Source: Candidatus Micrarchaeota archaeon (GTDB lineage Archaea; Micrarchaeota; Micrarchaeia; Anstonellales; Bilamarchaeaceae). From it: 21,602 nucleotides of DNA. Location: contig JBFMCO010000064.1 of assembly GCA_040754495.1 (NCBI GenBank), forward strand, positions 1 through 21,602. Direction: 5' to 3'. The stretch's first letter is position 1. Every line of letters starts with the position of its first letter. This document shows positions 5,775 through 13,840 of the stretch, one piece after another. The translations under genes were made by a program, and so were the position numbers. Below the pieces are notes generated by a model. It searched no databases. It was given only the letters and a program-made list of their open reading frames with translations, and was not told the DNA's origin.

Positions 5775-8195
5775 GTGAGTGTGAGCGGTGGGATATTGTA
5801 TCTGAAGCTTTCCGTCCTGGCCGTTCTAGCAGTCCTGTTCATAGCCGGTTGTATCACTCCCGGAATCGCGGGAAATCAGACAAATGCCACAAACGGCACG
5901 GTCAAGCCGCTCGTGAAGCAGAATATCACCTGCGCCGACAACACGTTCAAGGTCGCTAACGGCTCTGTGAACGCATTCAATTCCTCTGCAATAAACTGCC
6001 GGAACGACTGCTCCCGCATCTCGCCCAACGCGACGTGCGACCCGCTGACATGCCTATGCAAGACAGAAAACCGCTCGTGCATAAAAAACAGCTTCGATGC
6101 CGCCGTTGGAAACAACACATTCAACGCTGCTACCATGCTCTGCAAGGACGACTGCGCGTCCCTGGACCCGGACAGCATATGCAGCCCCAAAACCTGCACC
6201 TGCGTGCAAAACGTAACGAAGAAAGAAGACGTGTTCTGCATCAACAACACCATAGAGACCTCGCTCACCGGGACGAACCCATTCGACAACGACACCATGC
6301 TCTGCAAGGACGACTGCGCCCGCCTCGGGGCTGATTTCGCCTGCGACAAGAACTGCACATGCAAGCAGGTGGTGCCCCCCAAAATCGACATGAACTGCGG
6401 CGCGAACACGATAATAGCGCCGCTTTTCGGGAACTTCTTCAACCCCGCGACGATGCTCTGCAGGGACGACTGCGCGGCGACTTTCGGCGCGGGCTGGAAG
6501 TGCGACGGCGTGAGCTGCACGTGCAGCAAGCCGCCGCCTCCGGATAAATTCTCCTGCGCGGGCAACTCCTTCGGCGTCGCATTCGGCCTGCCAAACGAGT
6601 TCGACCCGGCCAAGAACAAATGCGAGGACGACTGCAAGGATTTCGGGCCCGGATGGGTCTGCGACGGCAAGACCTGCCTTTGCGAGAAAAAGCCCAAGGA
6701 CGAGACGGTCAGCTGCGCTTTCAACGCGTTCGATGTGGTTGTGCTCGGGGCGGACAACAATTTCAACCCCGCGAAGATGAAATGCGAGGACGACTGCGAA
6801 GAGGTCGGCCTGGACTGGTACTGTGACGCAGCATCCTGCACGTGCAAGGAAAAGCCCGGCGAGAACGAGACCCAGAGTTGCAAGAGCAACACCTGGGTGG
6901 TGAACGTGCCCAAGGGCCAGGTGGCCGCCGGCGTGCAGTGCAAGGACGACTGCAAGGAGCTCGGCTCCACATACGTCTGCGATCCGGAGGGCTGCTTCTG
7001 CAAGGAAACGCGGACCGTCACGCCGCGCTGCGGGGACGGATATGTCTCCGGCCCGGACACGCCGGGCGGAGGCTTCGAGGAGTGCGACGTCGGCTACGGC
7101 TTCTACCAGCCGAAGGACGCGGCAGGCAACCCCTACAATACGCCTGATACCTGCCCGCCGCCCACGGTCTGCGACGCCCCGACGTGCAAGTGCGTCGAGC
7201 CGGTCACGGAATCGTTCTGCGGCGACGGCGAGATAACCGGCGCCGAGCAGTGCGATTACGCCAGCGCAAGCACGAACAAATGCTCGTCCGGCTCATACTG
7301 CACAAACAGCTGCGCGTGCAAGATACTCGAGACCTCACCCAGGTGCGGCGACGGCAAGATATCCATTGAGTCCGGGGAGCAGTGCGACGGCGGCAGCGTG
7401 AACACCAATATCTGCCAGCCGGGCTACAAGTGCTACACCCCCGAATGCCAGTGCATACTTGTTGAGGGCTCGGGCCAATGCGGCGATGGGACAGTTACGC
7501 CGCCCGAGGAATGCGACCACGGCAACAGCTTCACCGCCCAGTGCTCATCCGGGCTCACCTGCCACAACTGCGAGTGCACGTCGTACTCGGAGCTGACGCA
7601 CCTGGAATGCGACTACCAGCTCCAGAGGTGCGTGGAGGTCTCCGGAGCAGGTGATGACGGATGCTCGAGCGACTCGCAGTGCAAGAGCGTTACCGAGGCG
7701 TTCTGCGGCAACAACGACCGCGAGGGGTCCGAGGAATGCGACGGCAGCGACGACTCCGCCTGCGCCTCGGACGAATACTGCAGCCAAAACTGCCAGTGCG
7801 TGCAATCCGTGACTACGCCCCAGTACCACACGGAGTGCGACTTCGCCCACGGCGCATGCGTCCAGGTCGAAGGCGCAGGCCAGAATGAATGCTCCTCGGA
7901 TTCGCAGTGCGTGCCTCCAGTCGTGGACTGCCCGGCATATTGCGCTGGCCAGGGCTACAGCCAGGTCGTCCAGGGAAGCTATTCGAGCGCATCGCAGTGC
8001 CAGGCCGCTGCTGCGGAGTCGGCGCAGACGTGCACGACCAAATGCGTCTACTCGAAGTTCTACTCGACTTCGAACCAGGCCGGGACCACCACCTGCTGCT
8101 GCAAGCAGGTCGAGGTGTTCCAGTGCTCCGACTGCCCAGGGGAGAATCCGCAATGCCCGGACCCGAATGTCGTGTGCCCGGCCAACCAGCCCTGA
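5775..8195 (+). CDS. Large secreted/lipid-anchored cysteine-rich repeat surface protein
   Basis: Signal peptide ending LFIAGC, many N-x-S/T sequons and three repeat classes. The true start may be TTG 5796 behind GGTGGG. Confidence 0.85.
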   Translation: MSVSGGILYLKLSVLAVLAVLFIAGCITPGIAGNQTNATNGTVKPLVKQNITCADNTFKVANGSVNAFNSSAINCRNDCSRISPNATCDPLTCLCKTENRSCIKNSFDAAVGNNTFNAATMLCKDDCASLDPDSICSPKTCTCVQNVTKKEDVFCINNTIETSLTGTNPFDNDTMLCKDDCARLGADFACDKNCTCKQVVPPKIDMNCGANTIIAPLFGNFFNPATMLCRDDCAATFGAGWKCDGVSCTCSKPPPPDKFSCAGNSFGVAFGLPNEFDPAKNKCEDDCKDFGPGWVCDGKTCLCEKKPKDETVSCAFNAFDVVVLGADNNFNPAKMKCEDDCEEVGLDWYCDAASCTCKEKPGENETQSCKSNTWVVNVPKGQVAAGVQCKDDCKELGSTYVCDPEGCFCKETRTVTPRCGDGYVSGPDTPGGGFEECDVGYGFYQPKDAAGNPYNTPDTCPPPTVCDAPTCKCVEPVTESFCGDGEITGAEQCDYASASTNKCSSGSYCTNSCACKILETSPRCGDGKISIESGEQCDGGSVNTNICQPGYKCYTPECQCILVEGSGQCGDGTVTPPEECDHGNSFTAQCSSGLTCHNCECTSYSELTHLECDYQLQRCVEVSGAGDDGCSSDSQCKSVTEAFCGNNDREGSEECDGSDDSACASDEYCSQNCQCVQSVTTPQYHTECDFAHGACVQVEGAGQNECSSDSQCVPPVVDCPAYCAGQGYSQVVQGSYSSASQCQAAAAESAQTCTTKCVYSKFYSTSNQAGTTTCCCKQVEVFQCSDCPGENPQCPDPNVVCPANQP
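5931..7001 (+). repeat. Seven tandem ~50-55-aa six-Cys repeats (CxxN...CxDDC...C...CxC)
   Basis: Visible in translation: CRNDC, CKDDC, CKDDC, CRDDC, CEDDC, CEDDC, CKDDC. Confidence 0.9.
7029..7799 (+). repeat. Five CGDG/CGN...E(E/Q)CD repeats (Myxococcus Cys-rich/DUF4215-like)
   Basis: CGDGYV..EECD, CGDGEI..EQCD, CGDGKI..EQCD, CGDGTV..EECD, CGNND..EECD. Confidence 0.8.
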
Positions 8196-8231
8196 TTTTA
8201 AACCCTTTTTCATTTATTTCCCCTGATTCTT

Positions 8232-8537
8232 ATGGGAAAATGCTGCGGGGAGAAGGAGGACTGCGAAAAGGAATGCGAAGGGGAGGGCGGGGGCTGCTGC
8301 GGCGGATGCGGCTCGCATGAGGAGATAGACGTTTCCGCGCTCGGGCCGGAAGCGGTCGAGCTTGCGAAAAAATTCGACCAGGTCAATGACAGCCTCATCA
8401 GCGCACTCAAGGCGAGGAAGGAGATCCTCGAGATGCTGCATGAGAAGGCGGCACATTCGCCAGAGATGAAGGAGAAGATGGACAAGGTAATCTCCTCAAG
8501 GCATCCGGTGCTGATCCAGTTCGTATTCGGCCAGTGA
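8232..8537 (+). CDS. Small protein with Cys/acidic N-terminus and helical C-terminus
   Basis: MGKCCGEKEDCEKECEGEGGGCCGGCGSHEE followed by a heptad-like helix; AT-rich upstream region. Confidence 0.8.
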   Translation: MGKCCGEKEDCEKECEGEGGGCCGGCGSHEEIDVSALGPEAVELAKKFDQVNDSLISALKARKEILEMLHEKAAHSPEMKEKMDKVISSRHPVLIQFVFGQ

Positions 8538-8690
8538 AAGGGGCTCTTCTGCTATTCCACGGCGTCCCTTACCATAACCCCACCTGAGCCTTGGCTAAGG
8601 ACGGTGTTTATAGTTTGATGACCGACTTGAGCGAAGCCCTCCAGCGTCATTGAAATCGTCTGTACGGAGTCTATACGGATGATGTTTGAT

Positions 8691-8973
8691 GAAACTTTGA
8701 CCGGAGAATTTTCGGAGAAAAGTTTCAGAGTGGGAGGCGGGAGGCGCAGTCGCCTGCGCCCCTCCGGCCCCATGAGCGGTTTTCAGTCTCCGGTTCCCGG
8801 TTTTGGTCGCATCTCCAAAACCGGACCAGGAGAAATGCCGGGCATTTCTCTGGTCCATTGAACGAAGCGTCGTTCAATTGGAAACTGGAAACCCAAAACA
8901 GGATTAGGCCGGAGCAGCTCTCTCACCGGCGGAACCCTCCACCTCTGAGAGCGCCAGCTCCCACTGCTCCGGC
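8691..8973. other. Array of six consecutive strong hairpins
   Basis: Stems 8691-8726, 8743-8760, 8797-8824, 8823-8856, 8857-8878 and 8908-8973, read directly from the sequence. Confidence 0.6.
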
Positions 8974-9012
8974 AGACTCCTCCCAATAACCGAAAATGGC
9001 GACCATCCCATG

Positions 9013-9177
9013 TCAGCACCCCTGGACACCTATTCCCGCGCGGCAGTCGATTGCCGTCGCGACCTCGTTGGCATAGCCCATAAGGATATCGAACAATTCC
9101 CTTTCGCTCTCGTCCAGGGCGTCCCTGTACTGCATGAGCGAGCCGATTTTTTCCTGAATCCTTCCCTCAAATTCCAT
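9013..9177 (-). CDS. Small helical ORF (54 aa, MEFEGRIQEKIGSLMQYRDALDESERELFDILMGYA...), possibly truncated or pseudogenised
   Basis: GGGGTG SD upstream of ATG 9177; the amphipathic helical sequence looks protein-like; the frame stays open for ~29 codons past the TGA. Confidence 0.45.
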   Translation of the reverse strand: MEFEGRIQEKIGSLMQYRDALDESERELFDILMGYANEVATAIDCRAGIGVQGC

Positions 9178-9473
9178 CCCAACACCCCGGGGAAAGCCCC
9201 CGTGAATATGATGAGACCCTTGCGGGTCCCCACCCATTTCGACCGGGGAAACGTCCCCGACTTGAACAAATTGGCTGCGGAATCCTTCTTTATAAACAAA
9301 AACCGGCACACCCCATTTCCGCGGAAAATGCGAGCATTCTCCGGACCCCAAATGCACTTTTCGGCCGGCAAAACGGCGAATCGTTTTGTAGTCCGCAGAA
9401 GGGGCCGTCGTTCTGCCGGACGTTTATCAGGGCAGCGGAAGCGAAGTGCCCGGTCTTTATCAAAAGGCATAAA

Positions 9474-10547
9474 ATGCTGCGTCAAAAATATTCCCTCATG
9501 CGATTGCCGGTTATTCTGCTTTTGGGAATAATCCTTCTTGTTGGTTGCACGCAGGCACCCAGAGAGGCTACGCCTCAGAAGCCCTCTCAGCCATCGCCTT
9601 CGCCTCCGGCAGAGCCGCCATCGCAATCCCCAACCCGCCCCGCTGCCCCCCCGGGGTTGCAGAAAGGCGTGAGCCTCTCGCCGAAAAGTTTCCAGCCCGC
9701 TGATTTCACCGATTTTTTCGAAAAAGCGAACCGGGCGGGAAGCGTTGTCACATGGGCAGGCGACTGGAATGAGCTCGGAAGTGAAAACGGCGGGCCGAAA
9801 GTGGTTGCCGGACTCGCTTCAACGTATAACTACACGCCGGTTGTCATCGTGACTTTCTTCACGCAGTCGGATGGAAAGTTGCTGAGACCCCTGGATGAGG
9901 ACACGAAGAGGAAATACAAGGAGGGTGCGGTCGCGTACGCCGAAAAATACAAACCGGAATATCTTGGTCTCGGAATCGAAGTGAACATGCTTTACGAGAA
10001 GTCTCCGGAAGATTTCGACAGCTTTGCACAGTTTTACAGCGAGGTTTACGATGCCGTGAAAGAAAAGTCTCCAGGGACAAAAGTCTTTACCGTGTTCCAG
10101 CTTGAGAAGATCAAAGGCCTCGGCGGCGGCCTCTTCGGCGGGGCGAGCGACCCATCGAAATCGGAGTGGGGCCTTCTGGACCGTTTTCCCGACTCTGACC
10201 TCGTCGCCTTCACGACATACCCCGGCCTGGTATACAAAGAGCCGTCAGAACTCCCTCCGGACTATTATTCCGAAATAAAAGGGCACACCACAAAACCGGT
10301 AGCATTCACAGAAATCGGCTGGCATAGCAGCGCTGTTCCTGAAGGGTGGGAGAGCAGCGACGGAGAGCAGGCGGAATTCGTCGCAACGTTCTTCAACCGT
10401 ACCGCGGATCTGCATCCCGAACTGGCGGTATGGAGTTTCCTCTACGACCAGGGCACTTCCGAACCCTTTGACAGCATGGGCCTTATCCGCGCCGATGGCG
10501 TCGCCCGGCCTGCATTTGATGCGTGGGTCAGCAACGCTACGCAATGA
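9474..10547 (+). CDS. Lipoprotein with clan GH-A-like TIM-barrel glycoside hydrolase domain
   Basis: Lipobox LVGC, Pro-rich linker, GIEVN (putative acid/base) and AFTEIGW (putative nucleophile). The start may be the internal Met (MRLPVILL). Confidence 0.7.
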   Translation: MLRQKYSLMRLPVILLLGIILLVGCTQAPREATPQKPSQPSPSPPAEPPSQSPTRPAAPPGLQKGVSLSPKSFQPADFTDFFEKANRAGSVVTWAGDWNELGSENGGPKVVAGLASTYNYTPVVIVTFFTQSDGKLLRPLDEDTKRKYKEGAVAYAEKYKPEYLGLGIEVNMLYEKSPEDFDSFAQFYSEVYDAVKEKSPGTKVFTVFQLEKIKGLGGGLFGGASDPSKSEWGLLDRFPDSDLVAFTTYPGLVYKEPSELPPDYYSEIKGHTTKPVAFTEIGWHSSAVPEGWESSDGEQAEFVATFFNRTADLHPELAVWSFLYDQGTSEPFDSMGLIRADGVARPAFDAWVSNATQ

Positions 10548-10571
10548 ATTAAAGCCTTCCCCGCGAATGGA

Positions 10572-10829
10572 ATGCGCATGGCGATATACATCGAGCTCGG
10601 GGCGCTCCTGTTCGCGCTTTTCATCCTTTACATGGTCTACCAGTTCCTGAAGAACCCGCTTCTGGTAATCGCCAACTCCATCCTGGGGCTAATCGTGCTC
10701 TTGGCCCTCAATTCGGCGTTCCACATGGGGATAGTCATAAACATCTGGACGCTGGCCATCGTGGGCTTCGGGGGCATAGGCGGCCTCGTGCTCGTCGTGG
10801 TCCTGCATCTCCTCGGCCTGGGTTTCTGA
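10572..10829 (+). CDS. BofA-family small membrane protein
   Basis: NSILGLIVLLxxN...INxxTxAIxGxGGxxG pattern; 3 TM helices. Confidence 0.75.
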   Translation: MRMAIYIELGALLFALFILYMVYQFLKNPLLVIANSILGLIVLLALNSAFHMGIVINIWTLAIVGFGGIGGLVLVVVLHLLGLGF

Positions 10830-10858
10830 GCAGAACCCGCCCAGGCGACTTTATAAAC

Positions 10859-11785
10859 ATGAGGGGAAAATCAGGATACATGAGACAATACCTTCTCCTT
10901 TTGATGGTCCTCTCGGGCCTGGCTTTTTCAGTAAACGATGCCCTCCCGGACATGATGGACGCCCGCTACGATTACGCGGCGTGCGACGTGGATTATGCAG
11001 GGAAGTGGCTGGAGATGCGCGAGGGCTGCGCCGCTGACGAAGGCGTCCCCGTCTTCGACTCGGACCCGTACATGGAAGACCTTGAAGACGACCTTGCGGA
11101 CCTCAGGGAAGCCACGGACGAGGCGGACAGGCTGGAATTCGGCCTGGCTTCGGCCCAGCTCGGGGCGGACTCGCTCAAGCTGATAGGGGCTATCGTCAAG
11201 GATGCGTTCACCAACAAGACGCTCTCGTTCTTCGCCTGCGTGAGGGAGGACGAGAAGCCCCTCATGGAGGACCGCGACACATGCAGGGACGCCGCGCTCC
11301 AGAAGGAGAAGTCGGCTGCCAAATCATACGTGGAAAACGAGATAGGGACCGCGGAAGCCGAGGTCGATTACCTGGACGCGCTCGGGGCGGACACCTCGGG
11401 CATGGAAACGGTCGTGACGCAGGGCGGGGAGCTCGTAGACGATATCGACGCTGCTTACGATTCCGGCAACATAACCGAAGTCCGGGCGCTCTACCTCCGG
11501 CACTCGCGCCTCGTGCTCCTCTTCAGGGCGGAGCAGATGCTGGCCGTGATAAACTACGCCGAACCCATAATAGAAGCGAGCGACAACGACAACAAGGATG
11601 AGATACTCGGGCGGGGGCGGGCGCTGAGAGGAGACGTCGAATCCATGCTCGATGAATGCGAATACTCGGAAGACGTAGAAGACAACTTCGAATACGGCAG
11701 GCAGAACCTGGAATGCTGGGACGACGGCCTCGACCTGCTCGATGAGTTCAATTCCATAAGGCTTCTGATACTGGAGGGTGCTTGA
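10859..11785 (+). CDS. Secreted acidic alpha-helical hypothetical protein
   Basis: Signal peptide (MRQYLLLLMVLSGLAFS), very D/E-rich, several Cys; coding-like GC3. Confidence 0.75.
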   Translation: MRGKSGYMRQYLLLLMVLSGLAFSVNDALPDMMDARYDYAACDVDYAGKWLEMREGCAADEGVPVFDSDPYMEDLEDDLADLREATDEADRLEFGLASAQLGADSLKLIGAIVKDAFTNKTLSFFACVREDEKPLMEDRDTCRDAALQKEKSAAKSYVENEIGTAEAEVDYLDALGADTSGMETVVTQGGELVDDIDAAYDSGNITEVRALYLRHSRLVLLFRAEQMLAVINYAEPIIEASDNDNKDEILGRGRALRGDVESMLDECEYSEDVEDNFEYGRQNLECWDDGLDLLDEFNSIRLLILEGA

Positions 11786-11787
11786 AC

Positions 11788-12120
11788 ATGGAACCCAAGA
11801 TACTTGTGCTGCTCGTCCTGGCTTCCACCCTGCTTATTGCAGGGTGCGCAAAAAAAGGGCCGTCAGGGAACGCAACCGGGGAGATAACTGCTCCTGCAGG
11901 AACGCTCCAGCCGTCGAATGGCGCTTCGCAGCCGGAGCCGAACAAGACAGTCCAGCCCCCGGCCGCCGGCAACGCGGGCGGAACGGCTCCGGTCAATGCG
12001 ACAACGTCAGAGCCTCAGGCAGACACGCAGGGCCTTGCCGACTTATTCAACATCACGACCGAGAAGCCCCTCGCGGATGAGGGTCTTGAAACCGGCACGC
12101 CGAGCTCGGCAAACAAATAA
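11788..12120 (+). CDS. Small low-complexity lipoprotein
   Basis: MEPKILVLLVLASTLLIAGC lipobox followed by a P/A/T/G-rich body; GGAGGGTG SD upstream. Confidence 0.7.
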   Translation: MEPKILVLLVLASTLLIAGCAKKGPSGNATGEITAPAGTLQPSNGASQPEPNKTVQPPAAGNAGGTAPVNATTSEPQADTQGLADLFNITTEKPLADEGLETGTPSSANK

Positions 12121-12158
12121 AATCCCGCGCCCGCAAATGGAATCCGTTGGTGATTCTG

Positions 12159-12320
12159 ATGGCCGAAGACAAGAAGTGCGTGATTTGCGGGACTACCAAA
12201 GCCAAGAAATGGATAGAGCGGGAGAACATCGCCGGTGAGAAGGCGTATTTCTGCAGCCCCCAGCATTATGACGACTACAAGAAGAAGGGCGAGGAGAGCG
12301 GGACCTGCGAATTCTGCTAG
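12159..12320 (+). CDS. TRASH/YHS-like zinc-finger microprotein, 53 aa; not in ORF track
   Basis: GGTGAT SD at 12149-12154; MAEDKKCVICGTTKAKKWIERENIAGEKAYFCSPQHYDDYKKKGEESGTCEFC; TAG 12318-12320. Confidence 0.8.
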   Translation: MAEDKKCVICGTTKAKKWIERENIAGEKAYFCSPQHYDDYKKKGEESGTCEFC

Positions 12321-12458
12321 CCATCTCCCGTTTTTCTTCTCAAGCACAGGTTTTCTTTCATTCTTCTGTTCTCTGAGTCCCGGAGCGGACAAGGTATCGG
12401 CTCAGGCCCGCTCCGGGGGCAGATTACGAAACTGGGCACGCCCGGGGCATTCCCCTCC

Positions 12459-13199
12459 TCATACGCCGAGCGTCTTTATCACAAACCACATGATAAGTAT
12501 CCCCGCGAGCAGCGCTATAAGCTGGACCACCGTCTTTGCCTTCTTCTCTTCCTTGTGCATTTCGGGCAAAAGGTCAGTTCCGGCTATGTAGAGGAAGATT
12601 CCAGCGGTGAAGGCGAGGCCGTAGAACTCCAGGCCTTCCACCACATCAGTCAGGTACAGGAAGGACAACGCGCCCGCCACGGCCGCAAGCGCGCTCAGGA
12701 TATTCGCGGCGAGGGCCTTCTCCCTGGAGAATCCGGCATAGAGCAGCAGCGTGAAGTCGCTCAGTTCCTGCGGTATCTCGTGCAGCACTATGGCTATTGT
12801 GGTGGTCAGGCCGAGCTCGAATGAAGTCAGGAAGCTTGCGGCTATCGCGACGCCGTCGAAGAAGTTGTGTATCCCGTCGCCAAGAAGAACCATGTAGGCC
12901 ACTGGCTTCTCGTGCTTGAGGTGGTCGTGGTGCTCGTGGTGCCAGTGTATTATGCGCTCCAGGACGAACAGCGTCACTATCCCGGCAAGAGCCCACGCGA
13001 ACACGATGTCCGTCTCGAGCCCTTCCATCGCTTCCGGGAAGAGGTCGAAGAAGGCCGCCGCGAAAAGCGAACCGGTCGCGAAGCTGACTATGATGAACAC
13101 GACCTGCTCCACCCTCTTCTTTCCAAGAGGGAGGAGCACTACCCCTATGAGCGAGAGAAGGCTCACGAGCACGGTTGCGGCGAGTATCTCGATTATCAT
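12459..13199 (-). CDS. ZIP-family divalent metal transporter
   Basis: His-rich loop HWHHEHHDHLKHEK, TM4 GDGIHNFFDG and TM5 HEIPQELSDF. Confidence 0.93.
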   Translation of the reverse strand: MIIEILAATVLVSLLSLIGVVLLPLGKKRVEQVVFIIVSFATGSLFAAAFFDLFPEAMEGLETDIVFAWALAGIVTLFVLERIIHWHHEHHDHLKHEKPVAYMVLLGDGIHNFFDGVAIAASFLTSFELGLTTTIAIVLHEIPQELSDFTLLLYAGFSREKALAANILSALAAVAGALSFLYLTDVVEGLEFYGLAFTAGIFLYIAGTDLLPEMHKEEKKAKTVVQLIALLAGILIMWFVIKTLGV

Positions 13200-13250
13200 G
13201 TTTTCTGTTCGGAGCGGAACTGTTAATAAATATTGCTATCCATATTATTA

Positions 13251-13266
13251 AGTAGGCAAGCCTAAT
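13251..13266. promoter_or_regulatory. Candidate DtxR-family operator AGTAGG-CAAG-CCTAAT in the ZIP / nikR divergent region
   Basis: Core TAGGC-AA-GCCTA has perfect 5-bp inverted arms. Confidence 0.6.
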
Positions 13267-13292
13267 AAGGCCGGACTTAATAAGTTGGTGTG

Positions 13293-13442
13293 ATGAAGCG
13301 GGAAAACCTCATCAAAAAAGGGAACGAGAGCATAGCAATCGGCGCTCTCTGGGGTGTCGGCTCGGTCGTCCACCCCTGCCCATTGTGCGTGCTCACGACC
13401 TTCGGATTCATAGCGAACGGCATACGGGAGAAGCTTTCTTGA
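13293..13442 (+). CDS. Small membrane protein with HPCPLC motif, 49 aa; not in ORF track
   Basis: GGTG SD, ATG 13293, MKRENLIKKGNESIAIGALWGVGSVVHPCPLCVLTTFGFIANGIREKLS, TGA 9 nt before the nikR start. Confidence 0.7.
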   Translation: MKRENLIKKGNESIAIGALWGVGSVVHPCPLCVLTTFGFIANGIREKLS

Positions 13443-13451
13443 GGCGGTCCG

Positions 13452-13832
13452 TTGGAGATAATCAGCATCTCGCTCGACAAGGAAACGCTCGATGAGCTGG
13501 ACAAGATACAGGGCAACCTGGGCTTCAAGAGCCGCTCCAAGCTGCTCCGTGCGACCATCGGCTCGCTCCTGAACGAGTATCGCGTCATGGAGACGCTGAA
13601 AGGCCACCTGGACAGCGTCCTCGTAGTCACCTACAAGGAGAACGAGAAGCACCGCGTCTCCGACATCCTGCACCGGTTCGAGGATTGCATAAAGACGGTC
13701 GTGCACCAGCACCATACCGGCATCTGCCTCGAGGTCCTCATCCTGTGCGCAGACGCAGAGCGCATCCGCGAGCTCTTCGGCCTTCTCAAGAAGGACAAGG
13801 GCGTTCGGTCCGTGAGCTGTTCTGTTCTCTGA
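13452..13832 (+). CDS. nikR: NikR-family ribbon-helix-helix metal-responsive regulator
   Basis: IISISLD...SRSKLLR RHH domain; ACT-like domain with H...HxH...C ligand pattern (LHRF...VHQHHTGICLEV); TTG start behind GAGGCGG. Confidence 0.8.
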   Translation: MEIISISLDKETLDELDKIQGNLGFKSRSKLLRATIGSLLNEYRVMETLKGHLDSVLVVTYKENEKHRVSDILHRFEDCIKTVVHQHHTGICLEVLILCADAERIRELFGLLKKDKGVRSVSCSVL

Positions 13833-13840
13833 GTTTTTCT

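Noticed and set aside
5876-7060. Long antisense ORFs (also 952-1578, 4679-5296, 14727-15569, 17286-18380, 19205-19999)
   Set aside because: Shadow frames of high-GC3 genes with clear products on the opposite strand.
8552-8773. 73-aa minus-strand ORF (and overlapping 8595-8858, 8783-9019)
   Set aside because: No SD or motif, and it overlaps the hairpin array; cannot be supported, though the C-terminal half looks protein-like.
8926-9015. Selenocysteine readthrough at QGC-TGA (thioredoxin-reductase-like GCU)
   Set aside because: No recognisable archaeal SECIS, no Sec machinery in the window, and the readthrough tail is not convincing.
10572-10829. Sporulation link from the BofA-like gene
   Set aside because: BofA-family homologues are known in non-sporulating archaea, and there are no other spo genes here.
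12379-12417. 10-bp stem-loop between convergent genes
   Set aside because: A single hairpin beside a pyrimidine-rich tract is most simply termination or 3'-end protection.
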